Program-made: the position numbers and the translations under genes
Notes under the pieces: model-generated
The model's database searches: none
What the model was told of the DNA's origin: nothing
The model's input: the letters and a program-made list of their open reading frames with translations, nothing else
Shown here: in pieces, positions 13,433 to 26,000 of the stretch
How the letters are laid out: each line of letters opens with the position of its first letter
Numbering within the stretch: the stretch's first letter is position 1
Assembly: GCF_018977255.1 (NCBI RefSeq)
Contig: NW_024704742.1
Coordinates: 57,972,001-58,036,000 of the forward strand
From: Callorhinchus milii
Taxonomy: Eukaryota
Length of the DNA stretch: 64,000 nucleotides
Direction: 5' to 3'

Positions 13433-13899
13433 GGTACTGCGGAATCTATTAAAGATTTTAAGATGGAGATAGATAAGTATTGAACTAATACAATGGCAGA
13501 GGTAGATTGAGAGGCTAAATGGTCTATTCCTGCTCTTATATTTCTGTAAGTTATCAATTAACTTCACTTTGTGCTCACAAGGTGTTGTGCAGGTTTTTAA
13601 GCACATTGAGACATCCTCCTGACATGAAAAGATATGATGTAAACATAAAAGGTTGCTGTTAGCAAGTGTATTACAATGACAAATTCCAGAAATGCGCAAC
13701 ACTCAATTCAACTGTGAACTCTCTGTGTTTTACATCCTTGAAAATATCTCAAAATTAATGCTCATAGTTTAATATATTACTATGGGGAGTACAAATTAGA
13801 CAATACAATGATACCAAATCTTCTGATATGAATTCAACAGTGCCAGATTAAATCTTGAGGTGTTTTATCTCTTCACTTTCATTTCTCTTTTAAAAACTA

Positions 13900-14011
13900 T
13901 TATTTTATAATTATTCTTAAAGGCTCTGCTTTGAACTGAAACTCTAGTTCCATTTCAGCGTTCTCATCCTTTTTCACTGTTGTAACACAATCCTTCTTCT
14001 TGGTGGCAAAG
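13900..14011 (-). CDS. SLC22A5: OCTN-like gene, terminal coding exon 10 ([36 protein letters not shown])
   Basis: ttgttacag|C acceptor 282 nt downstream of exon 9, in frame to TAA at 13902-13900; the C-terminus is poorly conserved, so less certain. Confidence 0.7.
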
Positions 14012-17000
14012 CTGTAACAAAAGGCAGAACATTAAATAATCAAGTACACACAATAATCTTAACTTCCTCAATTTTGGAAACCTTTGCGCTCTTTGAGGTG
14101 AAAACTGAACATTTTTTCATACTGATGTCTGAATCATGACATCTGTAGCAGGAGTCATAAATAGTGACTTTAATGCTTAGTGTCCCAAAATGCTGGGGAG
14201 AAGGCAACAATGAGTCAGGGAAAGGAAAGTTGGAACGGAGAAAGAAAACATAGATATGAGAAATGGCAATTGAACTTAGATCCCTTTACTTACCATGCTA
14301 ATGGCTGAACCTGCTCAATAATCTCTGGAAGAGAGACCTCACGTGATTCAGGTAGAATTAAACTGAGAACTCCAGCTATCAGTGTCAAGATACCCATAAT
14401 TATAATAGGTAACATCTTGTTAAATGTTCCTGAAAGGTAGAAAAACTTTGGAAGTTACAATAATCCACTTCATTTTTTTATCATGGAAACCAAACCAGAC
14501 GACTTTCTGTGCTATGTGCAGTGAATGCAGAACTAGTGATCATATGACATTATAAGGCTGGGCTATTCTATAAACACACATACACTTTCTCCCTCCCAAA
14601 CTGCCACATTATATCAGAGTTGTGCTGCATCTATGTGGTGGCTCTTTTGTACAGATTACATAAACCTGTGCTGTTAATGGAGAAATGAGCTTCACAAAGA
14701 AAATCACTGAAACTTAGATCTAAGACACAATCTCAATAACTAGCAGTTGAAAGTCTCAATCTGTGAGTGAGGCAGAAGACAAATGTGTGACTGGATGTCA
14801 GTAAAGAGAACAGTGTGAGGAAAGGGGGCAGAGGATTCCACCTTTCCCAATTTCCAAATGTATACTTAAGCAATCTTTTAATTTAGACTATACGTTCTGT
14901 CTGGCAAGCTTTCCATTGTTTGTCTAGCAAGGACCATCGTACCTGAAGGGATCTTGCTTGCAGAATTACAATAGGACACAAGTGGCGAAATTCCTCAGTC
15001 CCATTGGCCACTAATACACCCTGCTGATGGAAAAGGCTAGCTGGCCTGTCATCAGCCTTGGAGTACTTCCTCCTCACAACAAAAGAGTCACGAGCGTGTG
15101 AAGTAATTTGGGTCCACTAAGAGCACTTTAATTACCTCCTCAAATCACGGTAAAATACAAGCTGGGGCCAGAAGGTCTGCATGATTCTAGACTGGTGACA
15201 AACTTTGCAATTTGATATAGTGCTTAGAACGTTGAAACGCAAGTCACAATTTCTGTAAAATGTGCATTTATTATCAAATGTGGGAGCAAATTTGTATACA
15301 GAAATGTCCCACAATCAGCCATGACGTGTGTGTAAGAACGGAGGGCTTTGAAGGTAAAGACCAGGATCTTGAACTGTATCCTCTGAGGGATGGGGAGCCA
15401 GTGGAGCCGGGCGAGAATGGGGGTGAAAGGGTCATGAAGCCTGGTGTGGTGGTGTGGGAGAGGACACGGGCTGCAGAGTTCAGGATGATCTGCAGCCTGT
15501 GGAGGGAATATTTGGGGAGGCTGACAAACTGGGAGTCTGTATAGTCGAGCCTGGAAGTAATGAAGGCAGTGGTGGAGGAGGGCAATTTTGTGGAAGTGGG
15601 GAAAGATGGAGTGGGTTACGGCATGGATGTGGGGGAGACGTCGAGGTTCTGTATTGGCTCCTTGAGATGTAGAGTGCATCTCTACACGATGCTTTCAGTG
15701 CCCGAAGTATGGAGGTGCTGATGGGAACCAAACAGGAGGGCCTTGGTCTTGTTCACATTCAACTGGAGGAAGTTAGCTCTCATCTAGGACTTGATATCTG
15801 ACAGGCAGCCTGTGAGGACAGCATGTGGAGTCCTGAGCTCAGTGGTTAGAGCACTCGCTTTGCAAGCGAGAGACCTGAGTTCAATTCCAGGCAGAGGGCG
15901 AAACCTTGGGCAAGTTTCCTTACTCCACACGCCTAATAATAATCCCTCCAAAACCAAAAACAATAATAAATTGGTCATTTTCAATCTACGACTGTTTGTG
16001 GGACACTGCTGTGCGCAATTGGCTGCTGCGTTCGCCCACAAATATACAGTCAATTCACTTTACAGTGTGTTCTGTGAAGCGCTTTGAGACGTCCTCCCAA
16101 CGTGAAAAGCGCTATATCAAATGCAAGGATTATTATTATTATTATCCTGGAGTCAAGGATGGAGGCGGAGAGGTAGAGTTGTGTGATATCAGCATACATG
16201 TGAAAGTTGACCCCATGTCTATGGATGAGGTCACCATGTAAACATTGAAAAGGAGGGGCACAAGGACAGAGCCCTGAGGGACACCACACATGATGGTGGG
16301 GGGCTGGAGGAGAAGACATTAGTGGAGACATGGTGGAGACTGTGGGAAAGGTAGGATTTGAACCAGGCAAGGGCATGTCCATGAAGGTTGAGCTGAGGGG
16401 AGAGGCTGTGGTGGAGGATAGAATAGTCGACAGTGTCAATGGCAGCAGAAAGGTCAAGGAGGACAAGGAAGGAGAGAGAGATCTGGTCACAGATGGACAG
16501 AATGTAATTAGTGACTTTGACCAGGGCTGTTTCCGTGCTGTTGGCAGCATGGAAACTCGATTGGAGGAGTTCAGAGAGGGAATGGCAAGAGAGGAGCCTA
16601 GAATATGAGCTCAAATTACAAACATGAGGCTTAAACCTACAACCTTCTGACCCACAGAAGAAAGTGCTATTATATGAGCCAGGTCGAAGTAAACATGCAA
16701 AATGCAAATTTGGCAAATTCTTCAATTCAGTCTTAATTTGGAACCCATTTTTTCCCAACTTCACAAATTATGACTGAATTTAAGAAGTTACTACAATTTT
16801 CAAGCTCTGAAATTTAAAAGAAATAGTCTACGTTTTGAACCAGGTGAAATTTCTGGTTTGAATAGCAAACATAACAGTTTGAAAAATAAAAGTTTGATGC
16901 CAGCACTGCTCTTACTCCGGGTAAATTGTCCAATTGTCTACAAGATAACTCTTCCTTATGCTGCACCATGTACACTATGTGTATTCTGTACCCCAATCAA

Positions 17001-20000
17001 TGTAGCCAATGAAAATATGTTGTAACCGATGAGCAATTCCTATAAAAAGTACCACCCTCTCTTCCACAGCTAGCTAATACCACATCAAAGCTTTATAATA
17101 ATTACTGAAAAGTTTTCAAAACTATTAAATAAAGGTTAGGTATTTTACTTACCGAGGTAAACAAAATATGGGGCGAGTATGGCACCAATCCTGGATGTCA
17201 TGCAACATGTCCCAATGCCCATGTTTCTCACAACAGTTGGATATAGCTCAGATGAGTAAACAAAGATTATAGCAAAGGTGGCAGATATACTCAATTTGCC
17301 AATCATTGCCAGCGCAGTGGCAATTATATGTAGATCTTTGAAATTCAAATGAAAATACAGTAGTTAGGCCTAAACTTCACAGCAACAGACAATTCAAAAT
17401 AATTTATATTCATCACCTTTTATATGTTGCTTTCATTTTTAACCATTACAAAATACTATAAAGAAATAGATTCTTTAACAATGGTGTTAGAGTTTGAACA
17501 AAGCTGGTCAATTTGTAATTGTCATTCTGTCACCAACATATTCTGCAAACAAATATCAACATCTGAACTGACAATTGTGAGTTTCTCTTAATAGCACTGA
17601 TAGATACAAAGCCATTTTAGACTCTCGGCTTTTCTGCCCCCACCATCTGGAACTCCATCCTGGATTCCCTCCACCTTGCCCTCCCTTGTCTCCTTCAAGG
17701 CCCATCTCAAGACCCTTCTCGTTGACCATGCCTTTGACGACCCTCCCAACTGCACACTCCCTGTCGACCAACCCTGTTGATTCTAACCCCCATCTCGGGC
17801 GCAAGCCATTGATTGTCCAGTGCCTAAGGACTGTATGAGAGCTAACTTTCTTTAGTTGAACATTAATAAGACCGAGGCTCTCCTGATTAGCTCCCGTCAG
17901 CACCTCCTCACCTCAGTCGCTGACAGCATCACCATCCAAAGTTGCACACTCCGCCCTGCTAAGCCAGTCCGGAACCCTGCGGTCTTGTTTGACTTTCAAC
18001 TATCTTTTCTATCCCACATCTGCTCCATGACCTGCTCTGCCTTCCCCCACCTCCGCAAAGTCGCCCGGCTCGGACACTGTCTCACACTGCAGGCCACCAA
18101 AACCCTCATACATGCCTTCATTACATCGAGGCTCAACTGTGCAAACTCACCTGTTATCGGCCTCCCCAACTCCTCCCTCCACATGCTGCAGATCATCCAG
18201 AACTCTGCAGCCTGTATCTTCTCCCGCACTAGGCTATGCAACCCTAACAGCCTCATCCTTGCCCAACTCCACTGGCTTCTAATCACATGGAGGATGGAGT
18301 TCAAGATCCTGGTCCACACCTTCAAAGCCCTCCACCTTAAAGCCCTCCTTCAAAGCCCTCTTTCTCCCGCCTACCTCTCCTTACCTCCATCTTCGCTCCC
18401 TTCGTTCAGCGGGCTCCGGCCTACTACACGTTCCCCGCCTTGCTCACCCCACTATTGGCAAGCAGGCCTTCCACCACTCTGCACCCACCCTCTGGAACTC
18501 CATCCCCCTGTCCCTCCATCTCGCCCCCTTCCTCGCCATCTCCAAGACCCACTTCAAGAACCTCCTCTTCAGCCATGCTTTCGATCACCCTGCTTCCAAC
18601 CCCGCCCTCCACCATACCCCACCCTTCCCCTAAATGGGTCCATAACTCTGTCTGTCCAGCGACTTTGGGACATCCTACCAATGTGAAAGACGCTATACGA
18701 ATGTAATTTTATTGTTGTTGCTGTTGTTGTAGGGACATCCTTCCAAAAGGTGAAAGCTGCTAAAAGGTGCTGTATAAATGCAATTTGTTGTTGTTCTTAT
18801 GGTTCTTGAATTGGTTGGTGTTGAGGGCAGTTTTAGATTTTGCAGGGAGCACATTTATGTGCTCGACTGACACCGGCCTCCTGCTCGTCCCTCACACCCT
18901 CTGCCATGCCATCGGAAGACGCACTTTCAGCCAGTACGCCTGAAACTCTAGAACGCTCTCCCTCAGTGCCTCCGCCTTGCCCCCTCTCTCCCCTTTTTCA
19001 AGTTCGACCTGAAAACTTTCTTCTTCGACCATGCTTATGGCCACCTCCAAGCACCCCCACCCAACCCCCACCCCCAGCTGGGAGACAGGCTATGCTACTG
19101 TTAAGCGCTCTGAGACGCAAAGAAAATAATTTATGTACCAGATGGAATAAAGTTTCTGACAACAACAACAAAATTACATTTCTAAAGCGCCTTTCATGGT
19201 GGGAGGACATCCCAAGGTGCTGAATAGTCAGGGATCAGGACCGGAGAGTGGGGGTGCAGGGTTGGGATGAGGGAGGGCAGGGAGTTAGGAGGGCGGCTGA
19301 AGGTACGGTCAAAAAGGAGGATTTTGAGTTCTGCCTTGTAGGAGGCAACGGAGGGAGCAAGGCAAAAGGATTGTGGGATGGAGTTACAAAGGGTGGGGCT
19401 AGAGAGGCTGAAAGCCCGGCCGCCAATGGTAGCTTTGGGACGTCCTCCCGATGTGAAAAGCGCTATATCAAATGCAAGGATTATTATTATTATTATTAGG
19501 GTGGGTCGGGCAGGAGACGTGGAGCAGGCTGGAGCCTGCTGAACACAGGGAGCAGACAGGTTGATAGGGGTTTAGCAGGTCAGAGAGATAGGAGGGGCAA
19601 GGCCATGGAGGGCCTTGAAAGTGAGGACGAGGAATTTGAACTTGATCCTCTGAGGGATGGGGAGCCAGTGGAGCCGGACGAGGGTGATGGGGTCACAGAT
19701 CCTGGTGTGGGAGAGGTCACTAAGAGGGATTATGTACAGATTGAAGAGGAGGGAAGCGAAGACAGAGCCCTGAGGAACACCGTACAAGAATGTGCGAAGA
19801 GAAACCGTTGGTGGAGACAAATTGGAGGTGGTGTGAGAGATAAGAGCTGAACCATTCAAGGTCAGAACCTTGAAGGTTAAAGTGAGAGGAGAGGTGGTGG
19901 AGGAGGATGGAATGATCCACAGTATCCAAGGCAGCAGAGAACACAGATTGACTATGTCTTTAATATGCTCTGCGACGCCACCCTGCACTAAGGGCCCTAT

Positions 20001-23000
20001 ATAAATGCAAGTTATTGTTGGTGAAAGGTTTCAACATTTTGAATTTCAGGAACAAATGGATGAAGCACTTACTTGCAGGCACTATTGAAGTCAGCAGCAA
20101 CAGAGCTCCACCAACTAACAACATGGAACTATTCGCAATTCTTCGAGATGCTTTGTGCAGCAGCCACCAGGCTACTAGGTATGCTCCAATTTCAGAAAAA
20201 CCACTGATACAACAATTAATGTAGGGGTCTCCGTACAAGTTGGAAGTGTTCAGAGATAACCCATAGTAACCAATGGTTACAACAAACCTGCAACAAAGCA
20301 TAAAACAAAGCTTGATTTTTCCATTGACTCCTCACCGGTCTCTCCAGCCTTTCTATAAACAAGGTCCAAATAATACAAAACTCTGCCATCTGTATTCTGA
20401 CCCTTACCAGTCTCACCACAGTTCTTGCCAGGTTGCACTGGCTCCCTGTTGCAGATTAATATTATTTTGTAATATTATTTCAAGATCTCACTTTCAAATC
20501 AATTCACATCCTGCCACCTCTGTACCTCTCTGATCTGCTCACATCCCACTCCACTACCCACCGCTTTCACTCAGCTGGTTTGAGTCTTGTAACTCTCTCC
20601 TATTCTCCACATCACCATTGACTAACATGCTTCCAGCCACTGTGCCCGAATCTCTGGAACCCCCTGCCTCAATCCAGCTGTTTTACCCCACCTTTGCCCA
20701 TCTTCAAATCACACCTGAAGGCTTTCCTCTTCAATCGTGCCTTTGGTCAACCATCCCACCCACCACCTCTCTCTTTCCAGCTCAGCGTCAAAACACGCGG
20801 TTGTTACATATTACAAGTTACAACTCTGATCTATAATTTGGAGTTTCTCTCAAGACACCAAGACCATGCACCAGGTATAGACAAAAAGATAAGTTAGTGA
20901 CCTACTTCCATGAATCAATCAAAGCCATTGGCAGTGACAAGAAAGTAAATATGTCGTTCTGTCAGTTTTTCTTTAACATGGTTTATCATGCCTTTGCTCA
21001 ACATCTTCAGTAAGCAACATGTTGACAGCAGAGCATGTCATGGTGGAGTCATGGTGGAGTCCTATAGCTCAGTGGTTAGAGCACTCGCTTTGTAAGTGAG
21101 AGACCTGAGTTCAATTCCAGGCAGAGGGCGAAACCTTGGGCAAGTTTCCTTACTCCACACGCCTAATAATAATCCCTCCAAAAAACAAAAACAATAATAA
21201 AAAATTGGTCATGTTCAATCTACGACTGTTTGTGGGACATTGCTGTGCGCAATTGGCTGCCACATTCGCCCACAAATATACAGTCAATTCACTTTACAGT
21301 ATATTCTGTGAAGCGCTTTGGGATGTCCTCCCGACGTGAAAAGCGCTATATCAAATGCAAGGATTATTATTATTATTTATCAGGAATTCATCATTTTGGG
21401 GAATGAAACCTACTAGGGCACTTTGTGATAAAACTGCAATCAACTGCAAACATGCTCTGATGTTTGCAGTCAATGGCTGAATCTGATTGCTAAGTTCTAT
21501 TCATGCTAGATGGTAAAAAATCCAGAATGATTTGGCATTTTTATTTCATCTATTATGTCAACATATTTCCCACTTTGATTATTTAATAGCTATCTTGATA
21601 TTAAGCAGAGTGCATTTCTATAAACTTAAAACTTTAAAAAATGGATAGTGAGCTAATATTTTCATTAGTGAAAAAATATAGGGGTAGGGTTAGATTATAC
21701 TTTTATGTACAGTAGAATCAATTAATATAGAAGCACTGACCGATGATCACAACTCATTGTAATGCCTGTTGGGATTTTATGGACCCCAGCTTCTGTTCTA
21801 ATGCTCTCTACTATGCTTACAAAAATCTAATCTAACCCTACATTATTGGGTTAAAATTTTCCAGCCTAAGACATAGTTCCTTTTGGGGTCTTCATGTCAC
21901 TAATATCACTTCCTGTGTGGAAATGACATTGATGACCACTCTATCCTCATCCACAGCCTCTCCTCTCACCTCACCCTTCATGGTGCTATCCTTGACTGGT
22001 TCAGATTATACCTCTCACTCAGCCTCCACTTCATCTTCACAAAACACTTTCTCCTCTAAACCCCCACACCACATCGTGCAGCATTCCTCAGGGCTCTGTC
22101 CTTGGCCCCTCCTCTTGAATATCTATATGCTCGCTCTTGGTAACATCATCCGCAGACAAGAGGTCAACTTCCACATGTATCCGGATGACACCCAACTGCA
22201 CCTCTCTGCCTCCACCCTTGAATCCGGGTCCACTGCTGTCCTGACAGAATGTCCATCAGACATCAAGTCCTGGATGAGATCTAACTTTCTTCAGTTGAAT
22301 GTCAACAAGACCGAGGCGCTCCTGATTGGTTTCACACTTCAGGTGCTGACAGCCCGGCTCCGCCTCTGTCTCACACCGATTGCCGCCGAGACCCTCATAC
22401 ATGCCTTCATTACATCGAGGCTTGACTATGCAAACTCCTTGCTTGTTGGCCTCACCAACTCCTCTCTCCATAGGCTGCAGATCATCCAGAACTCTGCAGC
22501 ACATGTCCTCTCCCGCACCAGGCTCCCTGACCCTATCAGCCCCATCCTCGTCCGACTCCACTGGCTTCCCATCACACAGAGAATACACTTCAAGATCATG
22601 GTCCTCACCGTTAAAGCCCTCCATTTTCTTGCACCCCCCTATCTCTGTAACTTCCTAACTCCCTACCATCCTGCTCGCTCCCTCTGCTCAGAGGTTTCCA
22701 GCGTGCTTCATGTCCCCTGCCTCACTCGCCCCACTATTGGTGGGGGGACCTTCTGCCACTTGGCCCCTCTGGAACTCCACCCCACAGTCCCTCCATCTTA
22801 CCCTCTCCCTTGCCTCCTTCAAAACCCATCTCAAGACCCTCATCTTTGACCATGCTTTCGATCTCCCTGTTTCCCCACACCCCCACTGCCCTCCACTCCT
22901 CCCGATCCCGACCCCAAGCTCGGGTCTGAAACTCTGACTGGACAGCACTTTGGGACGTGCTCCAAATGTGAAACATATTGTACAAATGTAATTTTGTTGT

Positions 23001-26000
23001 TGTTGGTCCGATGTCCTGGATGTCAGCCATTTTTTAGCTTTTGAGAAGTCAGATAGCATTTTGAAGTGAGCTGTCTGACTTTCTGCATCCATCTTGGATT
23101 GTTTCGTTAAATAATACAATTAACCACAGCAACAACAATTTGCATTTATATAGCATCCTCCACATGGGGTAGTGTCTCAGAGAGCTGAACAATGGTAAAG
23201 TTTAACACTGGATCCTTGCATTTGTTATAGTGCCTAATCCTTGCATTTGATATTGTGCCTCAATATGTTGATGAGATGCCTCAAAGTGTTCTACAGGATT
23301 TACTTATAGAGGGAGTGCAAAAAAAGTCCAAGTTAGAAGTACAACTCATGGAATCCAGACCTTAAATTTCAGAGTTTCATTCCAAGTACATAAATCAAGT
23401 AGCAATCAATATCAGAATCACTTTAGCCATCTGGTTGCTCATGTATATTCTGAGCCAGCCAACTTTGGGTGTTTGTACTTCTTTTTGATAAAACCTCCAC
23501 TCACCATATGACAAAGGATATGATAGAGATGTTTCTTATATTGGACGTTCGAAACAAATCCAAGAAGTTGTATGCACGTATATTGTTAGTCACATCTTTC
23601 TGCAGCTGGACAAACAGAAAAGATTATTCTCCTAAAGAATGTACAACTTGCAAGTTATCAGAACAATCAAAGTTTTTATAGTTTCAGCTTTCATTCCTTT
23701 GCAGATTTTCAAAAAAAGGCTCATCAACAAGTTATGCAAATATATTTTATGTAGATTTTAAACTAATAAAAAACACAGAGATTACAAACTATAAATATTC
23801 GATTATGTCAGGAGGATGTCTCAAAATGCTGGATGGGCATCTGAGCTGGGAGTGGGAGATGGGGAAGGGGAGAGGAGGGATGGATAGTGAAAAGATGACT
23901 GAAAGCATGGTCAAAAAGGTACATTTTGAGAGGTGCCTTGAAAGATTAATTGGAGGAAGTGAGTCGAAGAGAGTCCAGGATGGAATTCCAGAGAATGAGG
24001 CAGAATGGCTGGAAGCCCACTCATGGATGCAAGGCCGGATAAGACAGGAGCATGGCACAAGTCGATGTTCACTGAGTGAAGGGAGCAGCTGGGTCAGTAG
24101 GGTTGAAGAAAGTCACAGAGGTAGGGTGTAGTGATACAGTGGAGGGATTTAAAAATCAGAATGAGGATCTTGAACTCAATCTGCTGGGAAATGGGGAGCC
24201 AATAGAGTCATACTAAATAAATCATTACTTTAAGCCAAATGTCTTTGGCACAATTTGCTCTGACTATCTAAAAAAAGTTATTCAATTCCGACTTTTGATC
24301 TTGTTGGGTTTAAAGGATTGACAAGGGATTCTGCTTTGGTTTCATCCGGGCTGTGTTTGCATATGAAATCAGAAAGCAGTTGCTCAAAGGAGTGAACCAA
24401 TAGCCAAAAGTATTAGCTGTCAAAGGCCGTGTCCATGAGGTAATCAGACAAGAAGTTGGTCAAAATCTAATTTGCACCAAACAACAAACAAGAGCGTGAA
24501 CAAAGCTCTTCTGCCTCACTCAGATCAATGAAAGGTTTGGAAAGAATTCAGATTTAAATATTAGCCAGTTAATTTGAGGCTTTTGAGAGAAATGCAATTG
24601 GCTCCCAGGGTTTGTGCAATGCGAAGGTTTGGTTAACAATACAAAAGTATGACTGGATGAGTCTTTAATCGATTTTTACGTCAATTCCTTGTTTTTGAAA
24701 CAGCTGAAAATTTCAACTGCAAAGGTAAAGCTTTTTTAAAAGATTTTCTTAGTCTACATATCTTGTACTCCTTGTGCCATCTCTTATCTTTGATTGGAAA
24801 ATAATCTGCATCAGCTCTTAATATATCTGTCTTCCATACAAGACTAGGAGCACAGCAAGTGGTCTACATTAAATCTAGTATCTTGAGGACTTGTTGTGGT
24901 CCTGAGAAGTCAAGTTATTAAACAACAGCCACAGCTTGCATTCCAGGTCATAGGGATCAGGTGTCAGCGTATGTGAAATTTTTACTCAAATAAATATGAG
25001 CAGCTTTGAAAGAATTGTTTGAATTCTAACACCAACTCAAGAATCATTCTGTCCCTTCCAATGTATGTTTACCCTAGTCTGTACCTATTCTGATATCATA
25101 AAATTATTTAATAGGTATGATCAAACGAAGAATACTATTTGATCCATTTGAACTAATGCTTCCTGAATATCCAACTTATCGTTTTCCCATCACACCATCA
25201 AGATTTTTTTTTTTACAAAATGAGTCCAATGTGCTGGCGACAACCCCCATATCTAGCAACCTGTTCCTATTATTAATTACCTTCTGAGTAAAGAAAACCA
25301 AAATGCTCTCCATCTAGAAATTGCCCTTTGCAACTCTAAACATGCATTCTCTTACTCTACTGCCTTAATGCAACCTGAAGCATTGTACTGAACTTGCTTT
25401 TTCAATCCTATTTAAAATGTTCCGTAGCTCTGTAAGGTCCGCTCGGAGATGTCGCCTTTCAGGATTGAAGAGTCATAGCTTGTCTAATCGTTGCTCATAT
25501 CCCATTCCTTTAACACTGGGAATTATCCTTGTGGCTCTTCTCCGTACTGCCTCTGTGACTTGGACAGATAGAATTATACAGCACAGAAGGAGGCCATTCG
25601 GCCCATCGTGTTTGTGCCAGTTCTTTGAAAAGAGCTATCCAAATCAATTCCACTCCCCCATTCTCTTCCATAGCCCTGCAAATTTATAGAGTTAAATGCA
25701 GCCTGACCAGAGTACAATATAACTTGAGTATTATATCTGGGGTTCTGAGCTTAACTAATTCGATATTATAGGGAGGGCTCCTGATTTTCAGTTTTAACCA
25801 AAACCCCCCGATAAACAACCCCAATAATAATCCCTCCAAAAACAAAACAATAATAAATTGGCTATTTTTAATTGGTTAAAACAACACAAAAAGAATAAAA
25901 TCAGTGTTTATCCAAGTAACACCGGAAAAACACCGAAAATATATGACCTGACGTAAGTCGATGAAATATCTGAACTGATGTAAGTTTCTCTCTTGCTAGC

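Noticed and set aside
15827..15895. tRNA-Ala(TGC)-like sequences at SINE heads
   Set aside because: No proper acceptor stem, and each continues into a SINE body and tail; not tRNA genes.
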